Of a stretch of DNA of 64,000 nucleotides, positions 9,220 to 20,711 are shown one piece after another (position 1 is the stretch's first letter; every line of letters begins with the position of its first letter). Where the stretch lies: positions 10,236-74,235 of the forward strand of contig CAVYRM010000001.1 in assembly GCA_963770975.1 (NCBI GenBank). Reading direction: 5' to 3'. The stretch comes from an uncultured delta proteobacterium (GTDB lineage: Bacteria; Desulfobacterota; Deferrimicrobia; Deferrimicrobiales; Deferrimicrobiaceae). A program made the position numbers and the translations under genes. Under the pieces are notes generated by a model. It made no database searches, was not told the origin of the DNA, and saw only the letters and a program-made list of their open reading frames with translations.

Positions 9220-10572
9220 ATGCAACCAGGATTCGCACGACCGTCCCCTGGGAAACCCGCCGCGATTGCCTCCGATCGCATTGCGTCCCAATGCCTGGCT
9301 TTCCTCCAGGAGGTGCTCGGAAACGTTCATCCGCGCGACTTCTCGTTCCGGTTGTGGGACGGATGCGTCTGGGACGCCGAGCCGGGAGAGCCCACGCGGT
9401 TTACGATGGTCCTGCGGAACCCCGGCGTGCTCCGTACGGTGTTCGGGTCCCCGAGCGAACTCGCCCTCGGCGAAGCGTATCTCTATCGCGATCTCGACAT
9501 CGAAGGGGACATCGGCAGCGCGTTCTTCCTCGCGGAGCGCCTGGCTCACCTGCGCCTCGGCCTGGCCGAGCGCCTTCGGCTGGCGCGTCTCCTGCTCGCC
9601 CTGCCGTCCTCCGGCCGCCGCAGGGGCGACCGTCCGGCGGAAAGGCTGCGCGGTTCCCTCCACTCGATCAGGCGGGACCGGCAGGCCGTCACGTACCACT
9701 ACGATTTGTCCAATGCGTTTTATTCCCTTTGGCTGGACCGGCGGATGGTGTACTCCTGCGCGTATTTCGCGGCTCCCGGCGACGATCTGGACGCCGCCCA
9801 GGAACGGAAGCTGGATTACATCTGCCGAAAGCTGCGGTTGCGGCGCGGCGATCGCGTGCTCGACATCGGATGCGGATGGGGGGGACTGGTCCTCCACGCC
9901 GCGGAGAAGTACGGCGTCGAGGCGCACGGGATCACGTTGAGCGGACCCCAAACGGACCTGGCGAACGAACGGATCCGCGAAGCCGGGCTTTCCGGCCGCT
10001 GCCGGGTCGAGGTGCGCGACTACCGGGAAATCCAGGAGCCGGAAAGCTACGACCGGCTGGTCAGCGTCGGGATGTTCGAGCACGTGGGGGAGTCCCGGCT
10101 CCAGGAATATTTCCGGGCGGCCTTCCGCCTGCTTCGGCCGGGCGGCGTCTTCCTGAACCACGCGATCGGCTGCGTTCCCGGCTATCCCGCCACCCCGGGG
10201 CCCTCTTTCTCCGACTACTACATCTTCCCGGACGGGGAGCTGTTGCCGCTCGGGACGACGTTGCGCGCGGCGGAGGCGAGCGGGTTCGAGGTGCGCGACG
10301 TGGAGAGCCTGCGGGAGCACTACGTGCTCACCCTTCGGCACTGGTTACGGCGGCTGGAAGACCGGCGGGAAGAGGCATGCGGCGTCACCGACGGGAAGAC
10401 CTACAGGCTTTGGAAATTGTACCTGGCCGGGGCGGCACACAAATTCAGGGTGGGCCAGAACACCGTCTACCAGGTCCTTCTCTCCAAGCCCTCCGATGGG
10501 GAGAGCGGATTGCCGCTGACCCGGGAAGACTGGTATCGGGAACCGGGGGGACCGTCAGGCCAGCGCGGATAG
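9220..10572 (+). CDS. cfa: cyclopropane-fatty-acyl-phospholipid synthase family SAM-dependent methyltransferase
   Basis: HYDLSNAFYSLWLD, SAM motif VLDIGCGWGG, and SVGMFEHVG, all typical of the CFA/mycolate cyclopropane synthase family. Confidence 0.8.
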   Translation: MQPGFARPSPGKPAAIASDRIASQCLAFLQEVLGNVHPRDFSFRLWDGCVWDAEPGEPTRFTMVLRNPGVLRTVFGSPSELALGEAYLYRDLDIEGDIGSAFFLAERLAHLRLGLAERLRLARLLLALPSSGRRRGDRPAERLRGSLHSIRRDRQAVTYHYDLSNAFYSLWLDRRMVYSCAYFAAPGDDLDAAQERKLDYICRKLRLRRGDRVLDIGCGWGGLVLHAAEKYGVEAHGITLSGPQTDLANERIREAGLSGRCRVEVRDYREIQEPESYDRLVSVGMFEHVGESRLQEYFRAAFRLLRPGGVFLNHAIGCVPGYPATPGPSFSDYYIFPDGELLPLGTTLRAAEASGFEVRDVESLREHYVLTLRHWLRRLEDRREEACGVTDGKTYRLWKLYLAGAAHKFRVGQNTVYQVLLSKPSDGESGLPLTREDWYREPGGPSGQRG

Positions 10573-11364
10573 AATCTCCCTCATCCGGCCGACGGGGAGG
10601 GAGAAATGGCCCTCGTCCTGCGGGAAGAAGGACCGACAGCCTCGGATCTCTTCGGACAGCAGGATCCCCACGCGTTGAGGGATGATCAGATCCTTTCCCC
10701 CGTGCCAGAGAAGAACGGGTTGTGACGCTTCCGAAGGTTGGAACCCCCACGGGCGGAAGAGCAGCCCCGCGTCGAGCACCGTTCCGGCTTCGCCACACCG
10801 GATGGATTCCCGCATGTTGGCGGAGAAGAGCGCCCGGTTCGCCAGGATGACCTCACGGTCCGGGGAACCGGCATGTTCCGCCAGCCGGGGAAGAAAACGT
10901 TCGGGATCCGACGTCATGGACCGGGAAACCGTGCGGAGCAATTTCCCGAACAAACCGGGAGCGAGCAGCGCCAGGCGGAGAACGATCCCCGGCATCCTGC
11001 CCATCGCGGACCGGTATCGCTTGTCGGAGAACGGTCCCGCGGGGCAGACCAGGCCGATGCGGGTGACCCGCCCGGGCAACAGGATGCCGCACGCGAGCGC
11101 ATACGGCGCTCCTGCGGAAACTCCCAGGACGGAAAACTTCCCGATTCCGAGCGCGTCGGCCACGCGCTCCGCGTCGGTGGCGATGTCGGTGATTTTCCGC
11201 TCCCGCCGGAAAGGGGAACGCCCCATCCCGGGGCGGTCGAACGAGACGATGCGGATCCCGAGGTCGTCCGCGATGCGGTCGGCAAAGGACGCTTCCAGGC
11301 GCGATCCCGACAGGCCGTGGAAATAGAGGATCGGCCGGCCCTCCGGGCGCCCGTATTGGGCCAC
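10555..11364 (-). CDS. alpha/beta hydrolase
   Basis: ILYFHGLSGSR and nucleophile elbow GVSAGA. The N-terminus is uncertain: coding-like sequence FPGDGELG continues upstream without a start codon, so an indel is possible near 11385. Confidence 0.75.
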   Translation of the reverse strand: MAQYGRPEGRPILYFHGLSGSRLEASFADRIADDLGIRIVSFDRPGMGRSPFRRERKITDIATDAERVADALGIGKFSVLGVSAGAPYALACGILLPGRVTRIGLVCPAGPFSDKRYRSAMGRMPGIVLRLALLAPGLFGKLLRTVSRSMTSDPERFLPRLAEHAGSPDREVILANRALFSANMRESIRCGEAGTVLDAGLLFRPWGFQPSEASQPVLLWHGGKDLIIPQRVGILLSEEIRGCRSFFPQDEGHFSLPVGRMREILSALA

Positions 11365-11470
11365 TCCGAGTTCCCCGTCGCCGGGAAAGCATTCGCATCC
11401 GCCTTGAATCGCATTGCCTCCGGTACAATCGAATCATATACGCCGATCCCGTTGCAAGAAGGGTTGCACG

Positions 11471-12811
11471 ATGACCGAGAAGAAGAAGAGCCGCATCGCC
11501 TCGATTCGACCCCTGGCCCGGTTCTCCGAAATCTCCTACCTCGACCTCGCGGTGACGGCCGCGCCCATGATCCTGGTGACGGCGATCGTGATCGCGGCGG
11601 CCTACTGGTATGTGCGGCCCGCGCCGCCCCGCATCCTCTCCATCATCAGCGGTCCGCCGGGCAGCATCTTCCAGTTGACGGCGGAGAAGTACCGGAAGAT
11701 CCTCGCGAAAAACGGGGTGACGCTCAAGGTGCTGACGTCGGAAGGGTCGCTGGAAAACCTTGAAAAACTGAACGATCCCAAGTACCGCGTCGACGTCGGA
11801 TTCGTGCAGGGCGGTGTATCCGCCGGGATCCGGCTGGATAAGCTGGTTTCGCTTGGAAGCGTTTTCAACGAGCCGCTCGCCATTTTCTACCGCGGGGACG
11901 CGGCCGTGGACAAGATATCCGGGTTGAAGGGGAAACGGCTTGCCATCGGTCGGGAAGGCAGCGGGACGCATGTCCTGGCCAAGGTCCTGTTGAAGGGAAG
12001 CGGCATCGAACCCGGCGGCGAAACGAATCTGGTGGAGCTGGGCGGAGAAGAGGCGGCGCAGGCATTGATCGAGGGGAAGGTCGATGCCGCATTCCTCATG
12101 GGGGATTCCGCCGCACCCCCGATCTTGAGGAAGCTGATGCGGACGCCGGGCATCCGGCTGCTCGATATCGCGCAGGCGGACGCCTACGTGCGGCGCTTTC
12201 CGTATCTGAACAAACTGGTGTTCCCCATGGGAGTGTTCGATTTCGGCAAGAATATTCCGGCTCGGGATGTCCACCTGATCGGACCCATGGTCGAGCTGGT
12301 CGCCCGGGATCGGTTGCATCCCGCGCTGTCCGACCTGTTGATCGAAACGGCGCGGGAAGTCCACGGCGGCGCCGGCCTCCTTCAGCGGGCGGGAGAGTTT
12401 CCCGCTCCCCTGGAGCACGACTTCCGCATCAGCGACGATGCGAGGCGCTTCTACAGCTCCGGCAAGGGATTCTTCTATCGCATCCTGCCGTTCTGGCTCG
12501 CGACCCTGGCGGACCGGACGCTGGTATTCATCGTGCCGATCGTCGTCCTGCTGATCCCGGGTTTGAAGTTGGTGCCGAAGATCTACAGCTGGCGGGTCAG
12601 GTCGCGCATCTACCGGTGGTACGGCAAGTTGATCGCGATCGAACGGACCCTCCTGTCCCGCCCCGCACCCGAGGATCGGGCGGAGATCCTCAAGCAACTG
12701 GACGATATCGAGGACGAGGTCAACAAGATGAAATTGCCGCTGGCCTTCGCGGACCAGTTCTACGTGCTCCGGGATCACATCGGCTTCGTGCGCGGGAGAT
12801 ATACCGCCTGA
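11471..12811 (+). CDS. TAXI-family TRAP-type solute-binding protein with N- and C-terminal TM segments
   Basis: Start MTEKKKSRI..., periplasmic-binding-like core (ISGPPGSIFQLTAEKYRKIL...VGFVQGG) and a hydrophobic C-terminal region. Family assigned from memory of COG2358-type proteins. Confidence 0.65.
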   Translation: MTEKKKSRIASIRPLARFSEISYLDLAVTAAPMILVTAIVIAAAYWYVRPAPPRILSIISGPPGSIFQLTAEKYRKILAKNGVTLKVLTSEGSLENLEKLNDPKYRVDVGFVQGGVSAGIRLDKLVSLGSVFNEPLAIFYRGDAAVDKISGLKGKRLAIGREGSGTHVLAKVLLKGSGIEPGGETNLVELGGEEAAQALIEGKVDAAFLMGDSAAPPILRKLMRTPGIRLLDIAQADAYVRRFPYLNKLVFPMGVFDFGKNIPARDVHLIGPMVELVARDRLHPALSDLLIETAREVHGGAGLLQRAGEFPAPLEHDFRISDDARRFYSSGKGFFYRILPFWLATLADRTLVFIVPIVVLLIPGLKLVPKIYSWRVRSRIYRWYGKLIAIERTLLSRPAPEDRAEILKQLDDIEDEVNKMKLPLAFADQFYVLRDHIGFVRGRYTA

Positions 12812-12904
12812 TCGGCGACGTTGCCTAATGTGTTGGTTTCATTAATGGATTTGCCTGCTTGAAAACAAATCACGAATACGGAATCTAACGGGGGGAGGGA
12901 TGTC

Positions 12905-13918
12905 ATGACGACGGATTCTTCTGCGAGCGATTCCGAACAGGATACGGCCGGGATCGATGTGACCGGAGAGGAAGCGCTCGACTGGTTTCGAAAGATGAGC
13001 CTGATCCGCCGTTTCGAGGAACGGGCGGAAGAGGCCTACGGCCAGGGGAAGATCGGGGGGTTCCTGCACCTCTACATCGGGGAGGAAGCCGTCGCGGTCG
13101 GCGCCATCGCCGCCCTGCAGCCGGACGACGACGTGATCACGCATTACCGGGACCACGGGTACGTCATCGCGCGCGGCGTCGAGACGAAGTCTGTGATGGC
13201 GGAACTCTACGGGAAGGCGACCGGCCTGTCGAAAGGGAAGGGCGGCTCGATGCACATGGCGGACGTCAAGCGGCACATCTGGGGCGGCTACGCCATCGTA
13301 GGCGGACACATCCCGCTGGCCACCGGGCTGGCGCTGGCCAATCAATACCGGAATTTGCCGCGGGTCGTGGCCTGTTTCCTGGGGGAAGGCGCGACCAATA
13401 CCGGAATGTTCTACGCCGCCCTGAACATGGCCGCCGTGTGGAAATTGCCCCTGGTGGCGGTCGTCGAGAACAACGGGTACGGCATGGGCACCGCCTTCGA
13501 ACGCGTGTCCGCGGTCAGGGATGTCAGCAAGAAGGCGTGCGCCTTCGACATCCCCGCCGTGAAGGTCGACGGGAACGACGTCCTCGCCGTGAGGGACGCC
13601 GTGCACCGGATGGCCGAAACGTCCCGGGCCGGCGGCGGTCCGCAGCTTGTCGAGGCGATGACGTACCGCTTCCGGGGGCATTCGATGGGGGACCCGCAAC
13701 GCTACCGCACCAGGGAGGAAGTGGAGGAGGCGAAGACGCGGGATCCGATCGCCCGCTGGCGGCGCACCGTCCTGGAGAACGGCTGGGGGACGGAAGCCGA
13801 CCTGCAGAAGATCCGGGACGAGATCGAAACCGAGGTGGAGGAAGCGGTCCGGTTCGCCGAGGAGAGCCCCGCACCGGACCCCAGCGAGCTGTGCAACGAC
13901 GTGCTCATTTTCGATTAG
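12905..13918 (+). CDS. pdhA: pyruvate (2-oxoacid) dehydrogenase E1 component alpha subunit
   Basis: [30 protein letters not shown] plus the TPP-binding region GEGATNTG...NN-YGMGT. Confidence 0.88.
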   Translation: MTTDSSASDSEQDTAGIDVTGEEALDWFRKMSLIRRFEERAEEAYGQGKIGGFLHLYIGEEAVAVGAIAALQPDDDVITHYRDHGYVIARGVETKSVMAELYGKATGLSKGKGGSMHMADVKRHIWGGYAIVGGHIPLATGLALANQYRNLPRVVACFLGEGATNTGMFYAALNMAAVWKLPLVAVVENNGYGMGTAFERVSAVRDVSKKACAFDIPAVKVDGNDVLAVRDAVHRMAETSRAGGGPQLVEAMTYRFRGHSMGDPQRYRTREEVEEAKTRDPIARWRRTVLENGWGTEADLQKIRDEIETEVEEAVRFAEESPAPDPSELCNDVLIFD

Positions 13919-13925
13919 GAGAGCC

Positions 13926-14898
13926 ATGGCGCAGAAATCGTACAGGGATGCCCTCCGGGAAGCGCTGCGGGAGGAGATGCTCCGCGACGACCGCGTCCTG
14001 ATCATGGGGGAAGAGGTCGGCGTGTGGGGAGGCACCTATGCGGTCACCCGGGGGTTTTACAGCGAGTTCGGCCCGAAGCGGATCCTCGACACGCCGATCG
14101 CGGAGGAGGCGATCGTCGGCACCGCCGTCGGGGCGGCGATGGGGGGCCTGCGCCCGGTCGCGGAGCTGATGACGATCAACTTCAGCCTGGTGGCGATGGA
14201 CCAGATCGTCAACAACGTGGCGAAGGTCCATTACATGTTCGGGGGCCAGGTCGAGGGTGCCCCTCGTCATCCGCGCCCCGTCCGGCTGGGGCCAGCTCGC
14301 GGCGACCCACTCCCAGAGTTTCGAGAGCTGGTTCGCCCACCTGCCCGGCCTGCTCGTCGTGATGCCGGCCACCCCGTACGACGCCAAGGGACTGCTGAAG
14401 ACCGCGATCCGGTCCGACAACCCGGTCATGTTCATCGAGCACGCGCGTCTATACGGCGTCAAGGGCGAGGTGCCGGACGAGGAATATACCTTGCCGATCG
14501 GCGTATCGGACGTCAAACGCCCCGGACGGGACGTCACGATCGTCTCGTATTCCCGGATGCTGCACGTGGCGTTGAGCGCGGCGGAGGAAGCGGCGAAGCA
14601 CGGCATCGAATGCGAGGTGATCGACCTGCGCACGCTGCGCCCGCTCGACATGGGGCCGGTGTACGAATCGGTCGAAAAGACCCACCGGGTGATCGTTCTC
14701 GAGGAGGATTGGACGACCTGCGGGATGGGCGCGGAGATCGCGGCGCGCGTCAGCCGCTACCGGTTCGACAGCCTCGACGTCCCGGTCGAGCGCATGGGCC
14801 AGATCGAGGTGCCGATGCCCTATGCCAGGAACCTGGAAGGGCTCATGTTTCCCGACGAGAAGGCGGTCGTCCGGAAGATCCAGGAGATGGTGGCATGA
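13926..14898 (+). pseudogene. pdhB: pyruvate (2-oxoacid) dehydrogenase E1 component beta subunit, one frame break as sequenced
   Basis: The frame of 13926 reads up to MFGGQVE. It continues as [21 protein letters not shown]... in ORF 14257..14898. Removing one G at GGG 14255-14257 restores GQVEVPLVIR. Confidence 0.88.
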
Positions 14899-14926
14899 AT
14901 ATCGATCCGTTCATGAGGAGGTAATT

Positions 14927-16183
14927 GTGGCCACCGATGTCATCATGCCTTCCCTGGGCTTCGACATGACCGAAGGGTTGCTTGCGCGCTGGCTGAAGAA
15001 CGAAGGCGATCCGGTGGAAAAAGGCCAGGCCATCGCCGAAATCGAGACGGAAAAAGCAACCGTGGAGATCGAAGCGGCCGCCTCCGGGATCCTGGCGAGA
15101 ATCATCGTGCAGGCCGGTCAGACGATGCCGGTCGGCACGGTGATCGGCGTCATCGCAAAGGCGGGAGAAGCGGTAGCGAGCGGGCCGGTCGCCGCGGCGC
15201 CTTCTCCACCTCCAGTCGCAACGCCTTCTTCGCCGCCCACTGCGGCGCCTTCTCCGCTCGCTCCCGCATCCGAGGCCGGGAAAGGAGCCGCCTCGGCCGA
15301 GGCGCGGGTCAAGGCGTCCCCCGTCGCGCGGAAGATGGCCGAGGAGGCCGGGCTCGACCTGTCCCGGGTCAAGGGCACCGGTCCCGACGGTCGTGTGCTC
15401 GAAAGGGACGTCCAGGCGGCGATCGAGGGCAAGTCCGCGCCGACGCCTCCCGCCGCACCTGCGGGCCCGCCACCCGGCACTCCTGCGGCACCATCACCCG
15501 GTGCAGCCGTGCCCTTGAACCGGATGCGGCAGGCGATCGCGCGGCGGATGACCGAGAGCAAGACGGCGGCGCCGCACTTCTACATCACCGTCGAGATCAA
15601 CATGGACGAGGCGATGAAGGTGCGCGAGCAGTTGAACCATCTTGCGCCGGAGGCGGAGAGGATCTCCGTCAACGACCTGATCGTCGCGGCCGTTGCAAGG
15701 ACGCTCACGCGGTTTCCGATCTTGAACGCGTCTTATCGGGACGGCAGCCTGGAGATGCACTCCCAGGTGAACATCGGCATCGCGGTGGCGCTGGAAGACG
15801 GGCTCATCCCGCCGGTCCTGCGCGACGCCGACAAGAAATCGCTGAAACGGATCGCGGCCGAATCCAGGGGGCTGGCGGAGCGCGCGCGCGCGAACAAGCT
15901 GCGGACCGACGATCTTGGAGGCGCCACCTTCACCGTTTCGAACCTGGGCATGTTCGACGTCGACGAGTTCATCGCCATCATCAACCCGCCGGAAGCGGCC
16001 ATCCTTGCCGCGGGCGCCGTGACCCTGCGCCCGGTGGCGGCGGCCGGCGAAGTGAGGATCGCCTCGCAAATGAGAGCGACCCTCTCGGTGGACCACCGCG
16101 TGGCCGACGGCGCGCAGGCGGGCCGCTTCATGCAGGAGTTCAAGAAATTGCTGGAGAACCCCGTCAACCTCCTGGCCGATTAG
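14927..16183 (+). CDS. dihydrolipoamide acyltransferase (E2) of the 2-oxoacid dehydrogenase complex
   Basis: GTG 14927 follows GAGGAGG. Lipoyl domain EIETEKATVEIEA, Ala/Pro linker, E3-binding-like segment, and catalytic DHRVADGA motif. Confidence 0.9.
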   Translation: MATDVIMPSLGFDMTEGLLARWLKNEGDPVEKGQAIAEIETEKATVEIEAAASGILARIIVQAGQTMPVGTVIGVIAKAGEAVASGPVAAAPSPPPVATPSSPPTAAPSPLAPASEAGKGAASAEARVKASPVARKMAEEAGLDLSRVKGTGPDGRVLERDVQAAIEGKSAPTPPAAPAGPPPGTPAAPSPGAAVPLNRMRQAIARRMTESKTAAPHFYITVEINMDEAMKVREQLNHLAPEAERISVNDLIVAAVARTLTRFPILNASYRDGSLEMHSQVNIGIAVALEDGLIPPVLRDADKKSLKRIAAESRGLAERARANKLRTDDLGGATFTVSNLGMFDVDEFIAIINPPEAAILAAGAVTLRPVAAAGEVRIASQMRATLSVDHRVADGAQAGRFMQEFKKLLENPVNLLAD

Positions 16184-16188
16184 CGGGG

Positions 16189-17205
16189 ATGAAGCTTCCG
16201 GCCGGAAAGCTCCCGCCAGGCCTGCTGGAAAAACTGATCTTCAGGCATCTCGGGATCCCGCGGAAGGAGATCGAGGTCGGGCCGTCCCTCGGCGTGGACG
16301 GCGCGGTCGTCCGGATCGGCGATCGATGCCTCGTGTCGTCCATGGACCCGATCACGGGCGCCCTGGAACGGATCGGGTGGCTCGCCGTGAACATCAACGC
16401 GAACGACGTCGCCACGTTCGGCGTTCGCCCCGCCTTCTTCACCTCCTGCCTCCTGCTGCCGGAAAACGCGTCGGAAGCGATCGTCTTGACGATCTGCCGG
16501 CAGATCGATTCGGGCGCCAGGAAACTCGGCATGGCCGTGATCGGGGGGCACTCCGAAATCACTCCCGGCATCGCCGTCCCGATCGTCATCGGATGCTGCA
16601 TGGGGATGACGGAGAAGGGAAGGTACGTAACGGCGAAAGGCGCGCGAGCCGGGAACGACCTGATCCTCACGAAATCGGCGGGCATGGAAGGCACGGCGAT
16701 CCTGGCCGCGGACAGGCGCTCCCTGCTCGGCGAAAAACTGGGGACCTCCACGGTGAAACGTGCCGCCGCATTCTTCCGCCGCGTCAGCGTGGTGGAGGAC
16801 GCCCTCCTGGCGTTCGGGACGGGCGGCGTCACGGCCATGCACGACCCCACGGAGGGCGGGGTCGCCAACGGAATCCACGAAATGGCCGACGCGTCGAAAA
16901 AGGGATTCAGGGTCTTCGAGGACCGGATATCGATCGCCGAAGAGACGAAACGGATATGCGGCTGTTTCGGGATCGACCCGTTGCAGCTCATCGCTTCCGG
17001 GAGCCTCCTGATCTCCGCGGAAGAGGGATCGTCGGACGGCATCGTGAACGTTCTGCGAAGGAACGGGATCGCCGCCGCTGTGATCGGCCGGTTCGTTTCC
17101 TCGCCCCGGAAACGGTCGATCGTCCGGAGAGACGGCAGCGAAGTGGAACTGGTCCGGCCCGCATCCGATCACCTGTGGCGCGCGCTGGCCGGCAAGGCCG
17201 TTTGA
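16189..17205 (+). CDS. AIR synthase-related (PurM/HypE/ThiL-fold) protein
   Basis: 338 aa with VNINANDVATFG, GGHSE and LILTKSAGMEGTAIL, typical of the AIR-synthase-related superfamily. Starts 5 nt after E2. Confidence 0.7.
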   Translation: MKLPAGKLPPGLLEKLIFRHLGIPRKEIEVGPSLGVDGAVVRIGDRCLVSSMDPITGALERIGWLAVNINANDVATFGVRPAFFTSCLLLPENASEAIVLTICRQIDSGARKLGMAVIGGHSEITPGIAVPIVIGCCMGMTEKGRYVTAKGARAGNDLILTKSAGMEGTAILAADRRSLLGEKLGTSTVKRAAAFFRRVSVVEDALLAFGTGGVTAMHDPTEGGVANGIHEMADASKKGFRVFEDRISIAEETKRICGCFGIDPLQLIASGSLLISAEEGSSDGIVNVLRRNGIAAAVIGRFVSSPRKRSIVRRDGSEVELVRPASDHLWRALAGKAV

Positions 17206-17223
17206 GCGGAAGGACGCGGGGAG

Positions 17224-20207
17224 GTGATTTCCTCCATGGGCCCGGTTTCCGATCGGGATGCCGTCAAGGCGAAGGGGCTGGAGATCTTCCGGTTCGTGGG
17301 GACGGAAACGCCGGCCGTCTTCGACAGGGGGTGGTGGGCGGGCCGGATGATGGAACGGATGATGCGGGATCCCGCGCTCAAGGTCCCGCTGTTCCGTTTC
17401 GTGGACGTCCTCCCCGTCCTGACCGACAGCGGCCAGGTCGCGAGGCACGCCAGGGAATATTTCGCGGACGGAACGTCGCCGCTCCCGTGGTTCGTGAATT
17501 ACCTCCTTTCCGCCGTCGGCTCGGGATCCGGGCCCGCCGCGGCGCTCACCGCCATTCTCGTGCGAAGGGGCGTTAGCCGCTTCGCGAAGACGTTCATCGC
17601 CGGGGAGAATCCCCGTTCGGCCCTGAAAGCCCTTCGGCGACTCCGGAACGAGGGGAGAACGTTTCACCGTCGACATCCTGGGGGAGGCGGTCGGTGTCCG
17701 AGGCGGAGGCGGAACGGTACAGGGATCGTTACCTCCTGCTGGCGGATACGCTCTCCAGGGAGGTCTCCGGCTGGCCCCCGCTCGATCCGCGGTTGGAACC
17801 GTCGTTCCCGCGCCTGCACCTGTCGGTGAAGATCAGCTCCCTGTACTCCCGCATCGGGCCGGCCAATCACGAGGACAGCGTCCGGGAGGTTCGTCGGAGG
17901 CTGCTGCCCATCCTCGCCAAGGTCCGGGAAGCGGGCGGGTTCGTGAACCTCGACATGGAAACTTACAACCTGAAGGAGATCACGCTCGACGTCCTGACGC
18001 AGACCCTGGACGATACCGGATTCCAGGGATGGGACCACGCCGGGGTCGCCCTCCAGGCGTATCTGAAATGCGCGGAGCGGGATCTGCGGCGGCTGATCGG
18101 CTGGGCGAAGGAGAGGAAATCGGCGGCATCACGGTCCGCCTGGTGAAGGGGGCCTACTGGGAATACGAAACCATCGTGGCTCGGCAAAAGGGGTGGGAGA
18201 TCCCCGTCTTCCCCCGGAAATCGCACACCGACGCGAATTTCGAGCGGTGCGTGGAGATCGCCCTGGAAAACCACGAGCACGTGACGCTTGCCGTCGGCTC
18301 CCACAACGTGCGGTCGATCGCCAAGGCGCTGGCGACGGCGGAGCGGCTCAAGGTCCCCCGGGAGCGGTACGAGTTCCAGATGCTGTACGGCATGGGGGAA
18401 CCGATCAAGCGCGCGCTCATGAAGATGGGGTTCCCGGTACGCGAATACGCCCCGATCGGGGAGCTTCTGCCCGGAATGGCGTACCTGGTGCGGCGACTGC
18501 TGGAAAACGCCTCGAACGAAGGGTTCCTCCAGAGGGCGTTTCATCGCCATGTTCCTCCGGAAGACCTCCTCGCGGAGCCGGAAAGCCTACGTGGAAGGTG
18601 CCGCGCGACAGGGAGGCCGAAGGAGTCGAAGCCGTTTTCCAACGAGCCGGTCGCCGATTTCACGATCCGGGAAATCCGTGCGGCCTTCCGCGATGCCCTC
18701 GCGGAGGTGGGGAACCGGATGCGGGAAGAGTTATCCCGGCGGTCATCGGCGGAAAGGAGTACCGGGAGGGGGAACCGATCGTCTCCGTCGACCCGGCCCG
18801 CCCGCGGGAAGTCGTGGGGACCGTCTACGGCATCACGCGGGAGCTCGCCGATCACGCGGTGCGGGCCGCCCGCGAGGCGCAGAAAGGATGGTCGCGACGT
18901 TCCCCCGGGGACCGGGCGGCGGTCCTGTTCCGCGCCGCTTCCGTCGCGCGCCGGCGGAGAGGGGAGCTCGCGGCATGGCAGGTGCGCGAAGTCGGGAAGA
19001 GCTGGCTGGAGGCGGACGCCGACGTGGCCGAAGCCATCGACTACCTGGAATACTACGGCCGGGAGATGATCCGGCTGGGCAAGGCCGTCCGGTTGGGCGA
19101 CTGCCCCGGGGAAGAGAATCTCTACCTGTACCGTCCGCGGGGCGTGGGCCTCGTCATCGCGCCGTGGAATTTCCCACTCGCCATCTCGGTCGGGATGGCT
19201 TCCGCGGCGCTGGTCGCCGGGAACGCCGTCCTCTACAAGCCGTCGAGCCTCTCCCCGGTCAACGGGTGGCTCGCGTTCTCCCTGCTGCGGGAAGGCGGAG
19301 CGCCCGACGGCGCTCTGAATTTCATCCCCGGAAAGGGTGACGCCGTGGGCGATCGCCTCGTCGGCCATCCCGGAGGTCGATTTCATCCTCTTCACCGGGT
19401 CCCGGGCCGTGGGCCTGCGGATCGTGGAGAAGGCGGGACGGACCGGGCCGGAACAGAAGTCGGTCAAGCGGGCCGTCGTGGAGATGGGGGGCAAGAACGC
19501 GATCCTCGATCGATGCGGATGCCGACCTGGACCAGGCCGATGCCGGCGGTGATGCACTCCGCGTTCGGGTACCAGGGGCAGAAATGCTCCGCCTGCTCCC
19601 GGGTGATCGTCCATGCGGATTGTTACGACCGGTTCCTGGCCCGCCTGTGCGAGGCGGTCGAGGGATTGACGGTCGGCTCGCCGGAGGACCCCGCCAACGC
19701 GTTCGGGCCCGTGATCGACGCCGTCGCGAAGGAGAGGATCCAGGCAATGATCGAACTCGGGAGGAGGGAAGGGAAAGTGGCCGCCGAGGTCCCGGTCCCT
19801 CGGGAAGGGTATTACGTCTCCCCGACGATCTTGACGGATCTTCCCCCGGATTCGAGGATCTTGAGGGAGGAGATTTTCGGGCCGGTGCTCGCCGTCATCC
19901 GCGCCGGAGACATCGAGGAGGCCGTGCGCATGGCGAACTCCTCCGACTACGCGTTGACCGGCGGCCTTTTCTCGAGGAGCCCGGCGACGATCGGGTACGT
20001 CGAGGGAGACGGTTCGAGGTCGGCAACCTGTACATCAACAGGGGGATCACGGGCGCGATGGTGGGCCGGCAGCCATTCGGGGGGTTCCGGATGTCGGGGG
20101 TCGGCTCCAAGGCGGGGGGGCCCGATTACCTCATCCAGTTCATGGAACCGAGGGTCATCACGGAAAACACGATGCGAAGGGGGTTTTCGCCGGACACCTT
20201 GTCGTAA
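17224..20207 (+). pseudogene. putA: bifunctional proline dehydrogenase / 1-pyrroline-5-carboxylate dehydrogenase (PutA-like), multiply frameshifted
   Basis: PRODH part: VDILGEAV, VRLVKGAYWEYE, YEFQMLYGMG. ALDH part: [40 protein letters not shown]. These are spread over all three frames. I traced about eight frame changes at c.17665, 17692, 18118, 18730, 19367, 19508, 19545 and 20005. Confidence 0.85.
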
Positions 20208-20353
20208 CCTTCCTCCCGGATCCGGCCTGCAGCGGCTCCTCCCGGAAAAAATCCTCCGGAGGGGTTCATTTTGTCGTTGAGAATATATCCTATTAGTTAA
20301 TCGGTCCGTACACTGTCAACCTTTCTTACGGATTTCAGTGAAGGGAGGAGACC

Positions 20354-20623
20354 ATGGAGAAGTATTTGGTTGCGTCGCCGCACACGCAGGAAGAGTGCCT
20401 GCGGGCGCTGGACGAGATCCTGGACAAGGGGGTCGGGGTGTTGGCCAAGTACGATTGGGGCTGCATGGCCGGCGACCACACCGGCTACACGATCGTCGAG
20501 GCCCGAAGCGAGACCGAGGCGAAGGGATCCATCCCCTCGTTCCTCCAGGGGAAGGCCCGGGTCGTCAAGCTGACCAAGTTCACGCCGGACCAGATCAGGG
20601 AGTTCCACCGCAAGTCGGCGTAG
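20354..20623 (+). CDS. hypothetical 89-aa protein
   Basis: ATG is preceded by GAAGGGAGGAG. Non-repetitive composition. Followed by a strong hairpin. Confidence 0.5.
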   Translation: MEKYLVASPHTQEECLRALDEILDKGVGVLAKYDWGCMAGDHTGYTIVEARSETEAKGSIPSFLQGKARVVKLTKFTPDQIREFHRKSA

Positions 20624-20632
20624 GGATCCGCA

Positions 20633-20663
20633 GGGGAAGGGGAGGGGAGACCTCCCCTTCCCC
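20633..20663 (+). terminator. 13-bp perfect hairpin (GGGGAAGGGGAGG-GGAGA-CCTCCCCTTCCCC) without a U-tract
   Basis: Read directly from the sequence, 10 nt after the stop of the 89-aa ORF. Confidence 0.4.
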
Positions 20664-20711
20664 ATCCCGCGTACGTTGTCATTCGGGGTGGATTGTGGGA
20701 AATTCACCCCA

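Noticed and set aside
16189-17205. AIR-synthase-related protein considered as selenophosphate synthetase (SelD), which would support the Sec call
   Set aside because: It lacks the N-terminal Cys/Sec-containing glycine-rich SelD motif. It looks like a generic HypE/ThiL-like family member and is not evidence for Sec machinery.
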